Positions 30,880-40,119 of a stretch of DNA of 64,000 nucleotides are shown piece by piece (within the stretch, counting starts at the first letter, position 1; every line of letters starts with the position of its first letter). The stretch covers positions 2,213 through 66,212 of the forward strand of contig CALWHE010000009.1 in NCBI GenBank assembly GCA_944380295.1, read 5' to 3'. The position numbers and the translations under genes are program-made. The notes under the pieces were generated by a model. That model was given only the letters and a program-made list of their open reading frames with translations, was not told the origin of the DNA and ran no database searches. This DNA is from an uncultured Christensenellaceae bacterium (GTDB taxonomy: Bacteria > Bacillota > Clostridia > Christensenellales > UBA3700).

Positions 30880-31932
30880 CTATTTGAGCAGCCCCGCCGC
30901 CCGCTTTTTGCGCTCGTAACGCACAAAAAGATACGCCACCGCTATGCCCACGGCAAAGAGGACCAGTCCCAGGGAGAGGTCGAGCGCGTCCACGCCGCTC
31001 TCCGCCCAGCCCGTGTAGACGGCATAGACGTCCGAATTGAAAAACAGCGTGAGCACGGAGCCGAGCGAAAGTCCCACGATAAGGAAAAACGCCGTGGCGC
31101 GCGCCTTGGCAAAGATCATGTCGAGCAGTTTGGAGAAGGTCACCAGCCCGATGACAAAGCCCAGCACCATGCAGAAATAGACCAGCAGCACCATGGGATT
31201 TTCCTTCCAGTAAGACAGGTGCACGCTGTTCATGATGGAAGCAAAGTAACCGAACGCCATGAGTATCGCCGTGGCGGAAAGCCCCGGCACCACCTGCGTG
31301 ATCGCCACCACGTATCCTATCAGGATAAAGATGATATAATGATAAAATTCCAAGCCTTCCAGCGGGCGGGCGCCCTCCGTGCCGAAGGTGGTGCCCAGCG
31401 CGATGCCCACGGGTATGAGCAGCCCCAGCACGAACAGGAGCGCGCGCGGCAGGTTGAATTTTTCCCCTTTTATCTCGTCTTTGACGGCGGGGAAAGCGCC
31501 TATCATCATGCCGGCAAACAGCCCCACCACCGTGAAAGGCACCAGCGCCATCAGCTGCTGAATGGCAAAAAAGCCGAGCAAAAAGCCCGCCACCGCGCCT
31601 ATCACTATCGGGAGCAGAAATTTTACGCAGGCGGCAAAGCGCTTGAACACGTTGCCCAGCGCATAAATGAGTTTGTCGTAAAGTTTGAAGATGATGGCAA
31701 CGGTGGACCCGCTCACGCCGGGCACGATGATGGCAAGCCCGATGAAAAAGCCCAGCAGTCCGCCGCGCGCCACGTCTTTGGCGTTTTTATAAGAGATGTC
31801 CGGTCTGTCCGGCATGTTGCCGGCTGCGCCTTCCTCCGCGCCCTCGGACAGTCCCTGCCGCCCTTGCCGCGGCTGTTCGCCCTCGCTTTGAGCGGGCGCT
31901 TCTTTATTTTGCGAAAATTCCGTATCGTCCAT
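30880..31932 (-). CDS. DUF368-family membrane protein (undecaprenyl-phosphate-translocase-like)
   Basis: PGVSGSTVAIIF signature and about 8 TM segments. Start chosen at MDDTEF because a -10 element lies 8 nt upstream and a terminator lies further upstream. Confidence 0.7.
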   Translation of the reverse strand: MDDTEFSQNKEAPAQSEGEQPRQGRQGLSEGAEEGAAGNMPDRPDISYKNAKDVARGGLLGFFIGLAIIVPGVSGSTVAIIFKLYDKLIYALGNVFKRFAACVKFLLPIVIGAVAGFLLGFFAIQQLMALVPFTVVGLFAGMMIGAFPAVKDEIKGEKFNLPRALLFVLGLLIPVGIALGTTFGTEGARPLEGLEFYHYIIFILIGYVVAITQVVPGLSATAILMAFGYFASIMNSVHLSYWKENPMVLLVYFCMVLGFVIGLVTFSKLLDMIFAKARATAFFLIVGLSLGSVLTLFFNSDVYAVYTGWAESGVDALDLSLGLVLFAVGIAVAYLFVRYERKKRAAGLLK

Positions 31933-31940
31933 ACAAAAAC

Positions 31941-31969
31941 AGTATATCACTCCCGCGCGCAAAACACAA
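31941..31969 (-). promoter_or_regulatory. Candidate extended -10 promoter of the DUF368 gene (leaderless)
   Basis: TTGTGT, 17 nt, (TGa)TATACT, with the ATG 8 nt downstream. Confidence 0.35.
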
Positions 31970-32030
31970 GCCTTTGCCGCAATGCGCCTTTTTTCGACAG
32001 CGCATGCCGCAATTTGCCGGGGACGGAGCG

Positions 32031-32068
32031 AAAAAAGCGCCGCAAACTCTGCTTTTGCGGCGTTTTTG
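32031..32068. terminator. Bidirectional intrinsic terminator
   Basis: A-run, GCGCCGCAAA-CTCTGC-TTTGCGGCG(T), T-run. Confidence 0.6.
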
Positions 32069-32087
32069 TCTGCGGCTTTTACCTTGC

Positions 32088-32279
32088 TCACCAAGCCAGA
32101 GAATCGTCAAAGTCCACCAGAGTGGGATCCACCGGCTTTTCCTGCAACACGCTGGTCATATACTTGTTCACCTGCTCGCGCATGTCGCGGCGGGAGATGG
32201 TGCGGCAGTCCATCAGATCCTGCTGCACCCAGATGAAGTGCACGTCGCGCTCGCGCGCCTGATCGTCGAACAGTTTCAC
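32088..32279 (-). CDS. Small hypothetical protein (63 aa)
   Basis: The GTG start overlaps the stop of the upstream small gene (GTGA). Acidic soluble protein. Confidence 0.45.
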   Translation of the reverse strand: MKLFDDQARERDVHFIWVQQDLMDCRTISRRDMREQVNKYMTSVLQEKPVDPTLVDFDDSLAW

Positions 32280-32443
32280 AGCTTGTTGTCCCTCTTCATC
32301 TTGTCGTAATGCTTACCCAGCTTTTTATATACCCAAGAGATCAGCTTTACGTCCAGATTGAAAAAGTAAACGGTGAACAGCAACACAAATCCGCCCACCA
32401 GCACGCAGGCAAGCACGATAAGCAGGATAGCCCACCATTCCAT
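32276..32443 (-). CDS. Small single-pass membrane protein (55 aa, below the ORF-track cutoff)
   Basis: ATG at 32443 is preceded by GGAGGAGG. Translation is MEWWAILLIVLACVLVGGFVLLFTVYFFNLDVKLISWVYKKLGKHYDKMKRDNKL. Confidence 0.5.
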   Translation of the reverse strand: MEWWAILLIVLACVLVGGFVLLFTVYFFNLDVKLISWVYKKLGKHYDKMKRDNKL

Positions 32444-32642
32444 CAGGCTTCCTCCTCCGCGGCAAGCCCTTTTTGCCGCGCATATTCCGCCGCGCCCAAA
32501 GCGCCCATCAGCTGCGGATCTGTTTTAAGCTCTATCACTTTGAAGTTGAAGGATCCGGGCAATTTTACCGCAATTATTTCTTCGATCCGCAGCTGACTTT
32601 TGCTCCGTGAAGGAGAAGACCGTGTGCGCGGCAAGGCAAAAC

Positions 32643-32669
32643 AAAAGGGAGCGCGAGGCTCCCTTTTTT
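32643..32669. terminator. Intrinsic terminator after the flavoenzyme gene
   Basis: AAAAGGGAGC-GCGAG-GCTCCCTTTTTT. Confidence 0.65.
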
Positions 32670-32685
32670 GCGTTCTGCGGGCATT

Positions 32686-34734
32686 TCAGAGCTTCATGCC
32701 CACCTTTCTTGCCCGCCAGATAACGGTGCGCAGATTGCCCACGCCGGCGGCGTCGCCCACGGTGAGCGATTTTTTGGCGCCCGCGAGCGGAGTGGGCACA
32801 TAGCCCACGGATGTGATCACGCTGTCCGCCTTTATCTTCACTTCCCTGCCGTCTTTGCCGCGCACGGTCACGTCTTTTTCGCCGATGTAAGTCACGCTGC
32901 TTTCCAGATAGACGGGCGTTTTTTTGAACTTGAAGTAATCGCGCAGATAAGAGGAGTTGGCAAGGCACACGCCGCGCACGGCGATGAGATCGTTTTTCAT
33001 CTCCACTATCACGGGGCGTTTGCCCTTTAAGATGAGGTCATAGGCTATCTCGCAGCCGGTCAGACCGCCGCCCACGATCACCACGTCGTCGCCCACCGGC
33101 GCGCCCAAAAGATAATCCACCGCCTCTATGGCGCGCTTCACGCCGGGGATGTTCAGGCAGCGCGCTTTGGCGCCCGTGGCGGTGATCACCTTGTCTGCGT
33201 CAAGCTCTGATACGTCTTTTATTTCCGTGTTCAATTTGACGGTTATCCCCGCCTTTCTCACCGCGTCTATATACCAGCGGATCAGCTGCCTGTCCTTTTC
33301 TTTGAACGAAGGCGCCGCCGCCGCCACGAATACGCCGCCCAGTCTGTCCGACTTTTCGTATATGGTCACTTCATGCCCGCGCGCCGCGGCGGTGAGCGCC
33401 ACTTCCATGCCGCCTATGCCGCCGCCGATGACGGCTATCTTTTTGCGCGTTTTGGCGGGAGTTATGTCGTATTTGTGCCCCTGCATGGTCTGCGGATTGA
33501 GCGCACAGCGCGCCATGTGCGCCGCGTCTTCAAACTTTTCGTCATTGGCGGCGCCCTTGTAATGCGCCATGTCGAAGCAGGCGTTGTGGCAGCAGATACA
33601 CGGCTTGATCTCCGCCTCTCTGCCCTCCATCAGCTTGGTCACCCAGGTGTGGTCGGTGAGGAACTGGCGCGCCACGCCCATGGCGTCTATCCTGCCCTCC
33701 TCCACGGCTTTGGCGCCGTCTTCCGGGCGCATCCTGCCCGCGCAAACCACGGGTATGTCCACAAATTTTTTGATGTGCGCCACGTCGTCCAGGTTGCAGT
33801 TTTCGGGCATGTATGCCGGCGGGTGCGCCCAATACCAGGCGTCGTATGTGCCGTTGTCCGCGTTGAGCATGTCATAGCCCGCGTCCTGCAAATATTTGGC
33901 GGCGCGCTCGCTCTCGCTCATGTCGCGCCCCACTTCCGTATATTCTTCTCCCGGCACGGCGCCCTCGCAAAAACCTTTGGTCTTGCTTATCACCGAATAA
34001 CGCAACGACACGGGATAATCCTTCCCGCACGCTTCTTTGATCGCCTGCACCACCTGCACGGGGAAGCGGTAACGGTTTTCAAAACTGCCGCCGTATTCGT
34101 CGGTGCGCTGATTGGTATAAGGCAGAGTGAACTGATCCAAAAGATACCCTTCGTGCACCGCGTGCACTTCCACGCCGTCCACGCCCGCTTCTTTGCACAG
34201 GCGCGCCGTCTGCGCGAACGCATAGATAAACTGCTCTATCTCCTTTTTGGTGAGCGCGCGGCACATGGCGTCTTCCGCCCAGCGCGAAGGCAGCGGGCTG
34301 GGGGACGCGCAGATGTGTTGGATATCTATCACCGGCTTCATCAGCGCGCTGAGCACCTTGCTCTTCAAAATGGGCGCCAAGGCGTTGGTGATGGCAAAAG
34401 AGCGCCCGAATCCCGCCGTGAGCTGCACAAACAGCTTGGCGCCCGTCTTATGTATTTCATCCATAAAGACTTTGAGCTTTTCAAATTTGCCCTTGCCCTT
34501 GTAAAGCCACTTGCCGCCGATGGTATCTCTCAGCGGCGCGATGCCGGGGATTATCAGTCCCACGTTGTTTTCCGCGATTTCCGCAAATAAGTTTGCCGCC
34601 TCTTTGTCAAAGTGGTTCGGCTCCATCCAGCCGAACAGCGACGTGCCGCCCATGGGGCACATGACTATCCTGTTTTTGATCTCTACGTTGCCCACTTTCC
34701 AGGGCGTGAACAGCGCGGAATACTTCTTGTCCAT
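32686..34734 (-). CDS. NADH:flavin oxidoreductase (OYE domain) fused to an FAD/NAD(P)-binding domain (2,4-dienoyl-CoA-reductase / enoate-reductase type)
   Basis: 682 aa. OYE-like N-terminus (VEIKNRIVMCPMG). Cys cluster CICCHNAC. Dinucleotide-binding motifs VIGGGIGG and VVIVGGGLTGCE. Confidence 0.85.
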   Translation of the reverse strand: MDKKYSALFTPWKVGNVEIKNRIVMCPMGGTSLFGWMEPNHFDKEAANLFAEIAENNVGLIIPGIAPLRDTIGGKWLYKGKGKFEKLKVFMDEIHKTGAKLFVQLTAGFGRSFAITNALAPILKSKVLSALMKPVIDIQHICASPSPLPSRWAEDAMCRALTKKEIEQFIYAFAQTARLCKEAGVDGVEVHAVHEGYLLDQFTLPYTNQRTDEYGGSFENRYRFPVQVVQAIKEACGKDYPVSLRYSVISKTKGFCEGAVPGEEYTEVGRDMSESERAAKYLQDAGYDMLNADNGTYDAWYWAHPPAYMPENCNLDDVAHIKKFVDIPVVCAGRMRPEDGAKAVEEGRIDAMGVARQFLTDHTWVTKLMEGREAEIKPCICCHNACFDMAHYKGAANDEKFEDAAHMARCALNPQTMQGHKYDITPAKTRKKIAVIGGGIGGMEVALTAAARGHEVTIYEKSDRLGGVFVAAAAPSFKEKDRQLIRWYIDAVRKAGITVKLNTEIKDVSELDADKVITATGAKARCLNIPGVKRAIEAVDYLLGAPVGDDVVIVGGGLTGCEIAYDLILKGKRPVIVEMKNDLIAVRGVCLANSSYLRDYFKFKKTPVYLESSVTYIGEKDVTVRGKDGREVKIKADSVITSVGYVPTPLAGAKKSLTVGDAAGVGNLRTVIWRARKVGMKL

Positions 34735-34923
34735 GATTTCCTCCTTATGCTTCTTACCCTTATCATAAGCCCGCCGGAAGATTTTGTCAATACCGTTTTT
34801 TCGCCTTGTAATGCAAAATTAAGCCGCCGGCGCGCATAAGCGCGGGCGATTTTTGCGCCGCCTTAAAGTTTGCGCCGTTCCCCTTTCCCCGCCACATCAA
34901 GGCGTGTAAATTTTCCGCACCGT

Positions 34924-35358
34924 TCACCCGGCAAACTTTCTCATTGCCGCGGCAAAGCCGCTTTGCAGAAGTATCAATTCCTTGGCGCACTCCTTTGCCT
35001 CCTCTTCCGCCCGGGCAAAGCGGGAGAGCGTTTCTGCCAGTTTTTCCGTGGCGCTTTCGCTCGATTTGAGCATCATCTCCGCCGCGCGTTGATTGGTGGG
35101 GCGCACGGCTATGCGCACGGCGGTGACGGCGCGCGCCGTCTTTTTGAGCATAAGCGGCGGTTTTTTGGGCTTTTCTCCCCGCGCAAGCAGCGCGCCGTCC
35201 GCGCGTTTTGCCAGGCGCAGATGTTTTTCTTTGTATTCCGAAAGTAAAAAAAGAAGCTGCGGATCGGTAACGTAACGCATGACGGCGGCAATGCCCGTCA
35301 CGCCCATGCGCGCTCCCGCTCCGCACTTTTGCAACAACCTTTGCGTATCCTTTTTCAT
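34924..35358 (-). CDS. Hypothetical helical protein
   Basis: 144 aa from MKKDTQRLL with a GGAGG RBS. No recognisable motif. Confidence 0.5.
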   Translation of the reverse strand: MKKDTQRLLQKCGAGARMGVTGIAAVMRYVTDPQLLFLLSEYKEKHLRLAKRADGALLARGEKPKKPPLMLKKTARAVTAVRIAVRPTNQRAAEMMLKSSESATEKLAETLSRFARAEEEAKECAKELILLQSGFAAAMRKFAG

Positions 35359-35395
35359 AAAGCCTCCGCGGCGATTATTGCCGCAAAGACCCAAA

Positions 35396-36145
35396 TCATT
35401 CCTCTTTGCTCTTTTTTGCGGAAAGTTTTTTGCCCGCGCTCTCTTTGAGCTTCCGCGCCTTTTCTCCCGCCTTGCCGCCCAAAATCACGGCTTTTTCTTT
35501 GAGTTTTTCCGAAGCGGACTTCTGCGGCGCAGGCTCTGCCGCCTCTTTCCGCTCCGCGGCGGCAAGTTCGGTTTTTTGTTCGGCGGGCTTGCCATTGGCG
35601 GAAGAGATATACGCCGCGGCTTTTGCCTTTGCCGCCGCGCCCAGGCTCTCTCCTTCCTTGGCGCCCAACTTGCTCCGCACCGCCTTTTTCAGCTTGCGCG
35701 CCAGCACAAAGAGCACGACGCGCCAAATTATCTCCGTAACGGTCATGGCAAGCGCCAGCGCCGCCACCGCCAGCGCGATGATGTCCCACACGCCCGGATC
35801 GGAGCCTGCGCCCGCGATGACCGCCGCGGAAGTGGCGAGCGCCAGCGCTTTGGTCACTACTTTTTTGGCAATTTTGAGAGATTTTTTGCCGGCTTTATAC
35901 GCCTTTTTCTGCTCTTTTCCCGCCCCTGCCGCCAAAAACACGACATACATGACTATCTGCAACGCCAAAAACACGGTGACCACAACGTTCGCCGCCGTCC
36001 AGCCGTCGCGCCGCACTTTTATCACGTCGAGCGCGATATAGAATAAAAACGAAAGCAGACTGTAAACAAGCGATATGCCGAAAAATATGCGCGACGCTTT
36101 GCCGCGCGGTTTGACCTCTTCCGTGCCCTTGACCGTGTTTTCCAT
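35396..36145 (-). CDS. Hypothetical membrane protein with a Lys/Ala-rich C-terminal tail
   Basis: Start at MENTV (GAGGGGAG RBS). About four hydrophobic segments. Confidence 0.55.
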   Translation of the reverse strand: MENTVKGTEEVKPRGKASRIFFGISLVYSLLSFLFYIALDVIKVRRDGWTAANVVVTVFLALQIVMYVVFLAAGAGKEQKKAYKAGKKSLKIAKKVVTKALALATSAAVIAGAGSDPGVWDIIALAVAALALAMTVTEIIWRVVLFVLARKLKKAVRSKLGAKEGESLGAAAKAKAAAYISSANGKPAEQKTELAAAERKEAAEPAPQKSASEKLKEKAVILGGKAGEKARKLKESAGKKLSAKKSKEE

Positions 36146-36216
36146 AACTCCCCTCTTTTGCAAGCCCGCCCTGTGCGGCGGGTAAAAATGCGGCTTGCCT
36201 TTCCGCTTGCGCCGCC

Positions 36217-36585
36217 TTAAAGCACTTCAAGTCCCGCCGTGGACGTGCCCAGCGCCAGGATCAGGCACTCTCCTTTTTTCTTCAACGCGGCGTTTTCGTC
36301 GCCGCCCAGCGCGCCGAACGCCTCTTTTGCCGCGCCCGAGCTTTCAAAAAGCGCGATCACCAGCGCGTCGTCCCCTTTTGCCGCCAGATACGCCGTCTTG
36401 ATCCCGCTCACATGCGCGCCCTCTTCCGCAAAATATGCCTGCGCCTCTTCCGATGTGAGCTGCTTGCAGGCGTAATCCCGCTCGCCGAATTTTTGCACGA
36501 TGTCCTCTTCTTTGGGCGTGCAGGCGGCGGCAGCGCATATCAGCGCGCACACTATCGCCATCACCGCTATCATCTTCTTTTTCAT
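36217..36585 (-). CDS. Small lipoprotein
   Basis: 122 aa. Signal peptide with lipobox AAAC. Confidence 0.6.
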   Translation of the reverse strand: MKKKMIAVMAIVCALICAAAACTPKEEDIVQKFGERDYACKQLTSEEAQAYFAEEGAHVSGIKTAYLAAKGDDALVIALFESSGAAKEAFGALGGDENAALKKKGECLILALGTSTAGLEVL

Positions 36586-36615
36586 ACTCTGTCTTTCTTC
36601 CCCTTTTGCCCCTTT

Positions 36616-37902
36616 TTATGCGCCTATGCCCAGATCGGCAAGGCTGAACGTGACCGCCATGATATAAGGATTTACCGCCGATTTGTCAAAGCTGCCGTAT
36701 GCCACCAGCGTGAATTCGCCGTCTATGCACACCGTGCCGGAATAACCGCAGTCTATGTTCACGGACGGGTCTTTTTCTCTGCCCAGCAGGATAAAGGCGT
36801 CGCCGTAATCGTCCGTTTCTTTGCCCTCGGCAAGATCGAGCAGCGTCTGCGTGTCGCCTACCCAAGCCACCCAGCCCGCGCCCATGATTTTATCGGGCGA
36901 GAACACGCTCTCCTTGCCCGGCAGCACCTGGCGGAAGGAGATCAGCCATTTGCCGCTTTTTGCGTCGAACTCCGCCTTATGCCTGTCGCCGGTGAGGCAG
37001 TTGGGCAGCTCCACCATCTTTGTCCAGGTCTTGCCCTGGTCTTCCGACACGCACGCCAGCGAATTGGAGTTGCGCGCGTTCGCCCTGCCTATCATGATCC
37101 ATTGCTCGCCCGTGTCCACTATCTCTATCTCGCACAGCCCCAGCGGCGCGTAATGATCCTTTTGTTCGGGAATGAACACTTCCGGCTCGCTCCACACGGC
37201 GGCGCCGTTTTCTATGGTCAGATAAGATACGTAATTGGTGAAAGAATAATCGTGGAAGGTGCCCATCCACTTGTCGATGTAATTGCCGTTTTCGTCTTTG
37301 AGCCGCGTGAGCGAAGACATTGCCACAATGATGTCGTAAGGCTGCCTGCCCTCCTGCTCCGCCGCCCAAGCCGTGCCATACCAGTTGGTGAACTCCGTCC
37401 ACTCCTCGCCCTCTTCATCCAGGCTCAAAGAGCAATTGAAGCCGTTTGCCTGCTCCTCGCCGTTCCAGGACGGACAGCCGGAGATGAGCACAAAGCGCGT
37501 TTCCCCGCTTGTGAGATCCAGGCGGTAAATGGTGGGCGTTTCCTGCGATTTTTCCCAGCTCTCGGGAATGTTCTGCTCCGGCTCTCCCCAGGAGGGATCC
37601 GCCTCGCCGGCGTGCACGGCATACCTCTGCATGATGACGTTGCCCCTGCCGTGCCCTTCCGGATAAACCACGATCAGCTCTCCGCTCGGCGTCAGCGCCA
37701 AGTCGGGATGCCCCAGATAACCTTGCGTGCGCGCCACCGTGGTGCGATACTCCACGGGCAGAGTTGTGACGGGAATTTCCATCAGATCGAGCGGATCTTG
37801 CAGCGTGCCGAAATAAAGCCCTATCAGCACTGCCGAAGCCGCTACAACGATACATACGATAATTATAACGGCGATCCACGCCCCGGATAATCTTTTTTGC
37901 AT
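36616..37902 (-). CDS. Membrane-anchored BNR/Asp-box (sialidase-like beta-propeller) protein
   Basis: 428 aa. N-terminal TM anchor and an Asp-box SEDQGKTW. Confidence 0.6.
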   Translation of the reverse strand: MQKRLSGAWIAVIIIVCIVVAASAVLIGLYFGTLQDPLDLMEIPVTTLPVEYRTTVARTQGYLGHPDLALTPSGELIVVYPEGHGRGNVIMQRYAVHAGEADPSWGEPEQNIPESWEKSQETPTIYRLDLTSGETRFVLISGCPSWNGEEQANGFNCSLSLDEEGEEWTEFTNWYGTAWAAEQEGRQPYDIIVAMSSLTRLKDENGNYIDKWMGTFHDYSFTNYVSYLTIENGAAVWSEPEVFIPEQKDHYAPLGLCEIEIVDTGEQWIMIGRANARNSNSLACVSEDQGKTWTKMVELPNCLTGDRHKAEFDAKSGKWLISFRQVLPGKESVFSPDKIMGAGWVAWVGDTQTLLDLAEGKETDDYGDAFILLGREKDPSVNIDCGYSGTVCIDGEFTLVAYGSFDKSAVNPYIMAVTFSLADLGIGA

Positions 37903-38198
37903 ATATTAAGCATAACATTTTTCCGCGCGCCTTGTCAATACAAAGCCGCTGCCGGATCGTTTAAGTTTTTGCGCCCGTATAATGTCTTTTTGCTTTTTCC
38001 GCTCTTTTCGGCTTTTTGCCGGCGTTTTGTTGCAAAAACTTTTCCGGCGCCGCAAGACCATCTTTGCGGGCAACGTCATCACGGCGGCGAAGAAGCGTTA
38101 TTACAAAAGTCAAGAGTGATCACCGCAACCGCATTCGGCTGATTTTGGCTCGAACCCGAAATCAGCCGAAATTTTCAACATTAAATTTTGATCTTATG

Positions 38199-39254
38199 TT
38201 ACTTTGACCTGTGGTAGCTGATACTTTTACCCACACCCTCTCTTTTGAGTTCGCCCGCCGCAACCAATTTGCGGAGCGCGCCTTCGATAGAACTGATGCT
38301 GAGAGAAGGACACATCTCGCGGATGTCCTGCTTTTTGAAGCGCCCTATCTTTTGCAATGTTGCGCGCCTCACCGTCTCTTCCGCGGACAGCTTGCTCTCA
38401 ACAAGCGCAAAACGGTCGTCAAAATCCCTGTATGCCGCGAGAATGGTGCCCAAAAGATATTTGATGAACACAACGGGGTCTTCCTTGCCCTCGCGCCAAC
38501 CGTTTTGCGACCTGCGCAACGCGTCGTAATAGAGCTCCTTATTCTTGGCTATCTTTGCCTCCAAAGAGATGTATCTTCCCACATAAAAGCCGTTTTGATA
38601 CAAAAGCAATGTTGTAAGAAGTCTGCTCATCCTGCCGTTGCCGTCATTGAACGGATGAATGCAAAGAAAGTCATGGATAAATACGGGAATGGCTATCAGC
38701 GGCTCCACTTCCGCATTTCCCGTCACTCTTGCGTATTCTTCGCAGATCCTGTCCAACGCCTCGGACGTTTCAAACGGCGCAAGCGGCGTGAACAATATCT
38801 CCGAGCGTCCGTCCGGGTAGACGGCGCTTATATAATTTTGCACGTTCTTGGTTTTGCCCGCCATCGGATCGCTCATATGAGAGTAAAGCACTTTGTGCAA
38901 TTGCAAGATATGATTTCGCGTGACGGGAATGACGTCAAAACTTTCGTGTATGATGTTGAGCGCGTCGCGATAACCGGCGATCTCCTGCTCGTTGCGATTC
39001 CTCGGCGCTGTCTTTTCTTCAACCAGCTGCCTGATACGCGTGCTTGTGGTCGCAATGCCTTCAATGGCGTTGGACGCTTGTGTGCTTTGGACCTTGGCTA
39101 TCTCTATCAATTTATCCAATTTCACCGGGGATCGCTTCAAGCGCATTTCCTGCTTGCCCGCCTCTTTGTATATCGCCGCAACCAGCCCGAGGATATCAGC
39201 ATCCCACTTTGCGTCTTTGAGATAAGAATAGTTGAAAACCCTCATATATGACAC
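38199..39254 (-). CDS. Fic-family protein (AMPylase-type) with a C-terminal winged-helix region
   Basis: Fic motif HPFNDGNGRMSRLL. Confidence 0.9.
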   Translation of the reverse strand: MSYMRVFNYSYLKDAKWDADILGLVAAIYKEAGKQEMRLKRSPVKLDKLIEIAKVQSTQASNAIEGIATTSTRIRQLVEEKTAPRNRNEQEIAGYRDALNIIHESFDVIPVTRNHILQLHKVLYSHMSDPMAGKTKNVQNYISAVYPDGRSEILFTPLAPFETSEALDRICEEYARVTGNAEVEPLIAIPVFIHDFLCIHPFNDGNGRMSRLLTTLLLYQNGFYVGRYISLEAKIAKNKELYYDALRRSQNGWREGKEDPVVFIKYLLGTILAAYRDFDDRFALVESKLSAEETVRRATLQKIGRFKKQDIREMCPSLSISSIEGALRKLVAAGELKREGVGKSISYHRSK

Positions 39255-39501
39255 CTCTTATATCTTTACCATTAAATTATAGCTGAAAATAAGGGCAATG
39301 TCAATAAGATAAGGGAATTTGACCTTAAAATACTTTGACAAATAATGGCAAAACATAAAAGATACGGGCAAAACGCTTAGCAGCGATCGCAACAATGTAA
39401 GAACAAATTTATCGCTTCGGCGACCGGACATGTGCTTGTTTTATCAAAAAATGCTTGTTTTCCGTCCCGTCCGCGCGGACAGAAAAAAGCCCCGATATTC
39501 G

Positions 39502-39573
39502 TCAGGGCTTCAAATTTTTGATCAACGTGCTTTTGCCGCTGCCGTTTGCTCCGGCAAAAAATACATACTCCAT
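39502..39573 (-). pseudogene. Truncated P-loop (zeta-toxin / COG4185-like) ATPase gene, only 23 codons
   Basis: MEYVFFAGANGSGKSTLIKNLKP then a stop. Walker A is present. A hairpin plus T-run immediately follows. The start lies 3 nt after the upstream small ORF. Confidence 0.5.
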
Positions 39574-39576
39574 AAA

Positions 39577-39762
39577 CTATTTCTTGATTGCGTACTTTTT
39601 CTTAACTTCCGCCAAAGCCTTGTAATAAAATTCATCTTTGACCATCGGAATACGAGGGTTGCGTTCTTTGGGAGAGCGAGCCGCAAGATCCGCCAGCGCG
39701 ATCGCTTTGGCGATCCCTTCGATCTCACGATCACTAAACATCACTTTTTTGTTGTCGTCCAT
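39577..39762 (-). CDS. Small hypothetical protein (61 aa), possible antitoxin-like partner
   Basis: AAAGGAGG RBS and a consensus promoter upstream. Confidence 0.55.
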   Translation of the reverse strand: MDDNKKVMFSDREIEGIAKAIALADLAARSPKERNPRIPMVKDEFYYKALAEVKKKYAIKK

Positions 39763-39788
39763 GTCGGCCGCCTCCTTTTACCGCTTTT

Positions 39789-39817
39789 ATTATACTCCCG
39801 CCGCTTGAAAATGTCAA
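39789..39817 (-). promoter_or_regulatory. Sigma-70-type promoter of the 61-aa ORF
   Basis: TTGACA (39812-39817), 17 nt, TATAAT (39789-39794). Confidence 0.6.
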
Positions 39818-39860
39818 CTTGTGCAACCGCGGCGGCTTTTGCCGAGCCGCGTCCCGCCGC

Positions 39861-40029
39861 AAAAAAATAAAAGGCCGCCGCGGCGACCTTCCTCATGCCG
39901 AACGTTCGGGCTGCCCGTTCAGCCTTGCTGCCGCTGCCTTGGCGGTGCCATGATCAGGTTTTTTCGGCTGCCTGTTCAGCCTTGCTGCCGCTGCTGTGGC
40001 GGCGCCATGATCGGGTTGCTTATCGGCAC
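39861..40029 (-). ncRNA. Candidate small RNA (~170 nt) with two tandem 57-nt dual-hairpin repeats
   Basis: A consensus promoter lies directly upstream. Tandem repeats at 39909-39965 and 39966-40022. Ends in GGUCGCCG/CGGCGGCC plus UUUUAUUUUUUU. No SD-preceded ORF. Confidence 0.5.
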
Positions 40030-40035
40030 GCCGTA

Positions 40036-40064
40036 ATTATACACCTTGTCTTTTCACAAGTCAA
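40036..40064 (-). promoter_or_regulatory. Sigma-70-type promoter of the sRNA candidate
   Basis: TTGACT (40059-40064), 17 nt, TATAAT (40036-40041). Confidence 0.6.
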
Positions 40065-40119
40065 GCCCGCGCATATCATATTTTTTGCAGACGGCTCAGG
40101 GCAAAACGCCGCCTGCCGC

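Noticed and set aside
30880-32094. The full 404-aa version of the DUF368 ORF, starting at 32094.
   Set aside because: The extra 54 codons span a strong bidirectional terminator (32031-32068) and overlap the end of the upstream small gene. The ATG at 31932, which has a -10 element 8 nt upstream, is preferred.
39909-40022. Two 10-codon ORFs (MAPPQQRQQG and MAPPRQRQQG), one in each tandem repeat.
   Set aside because: There is no SD before either ATG. The repeats fold into paired hairpins, which fits an RNA-level function better.
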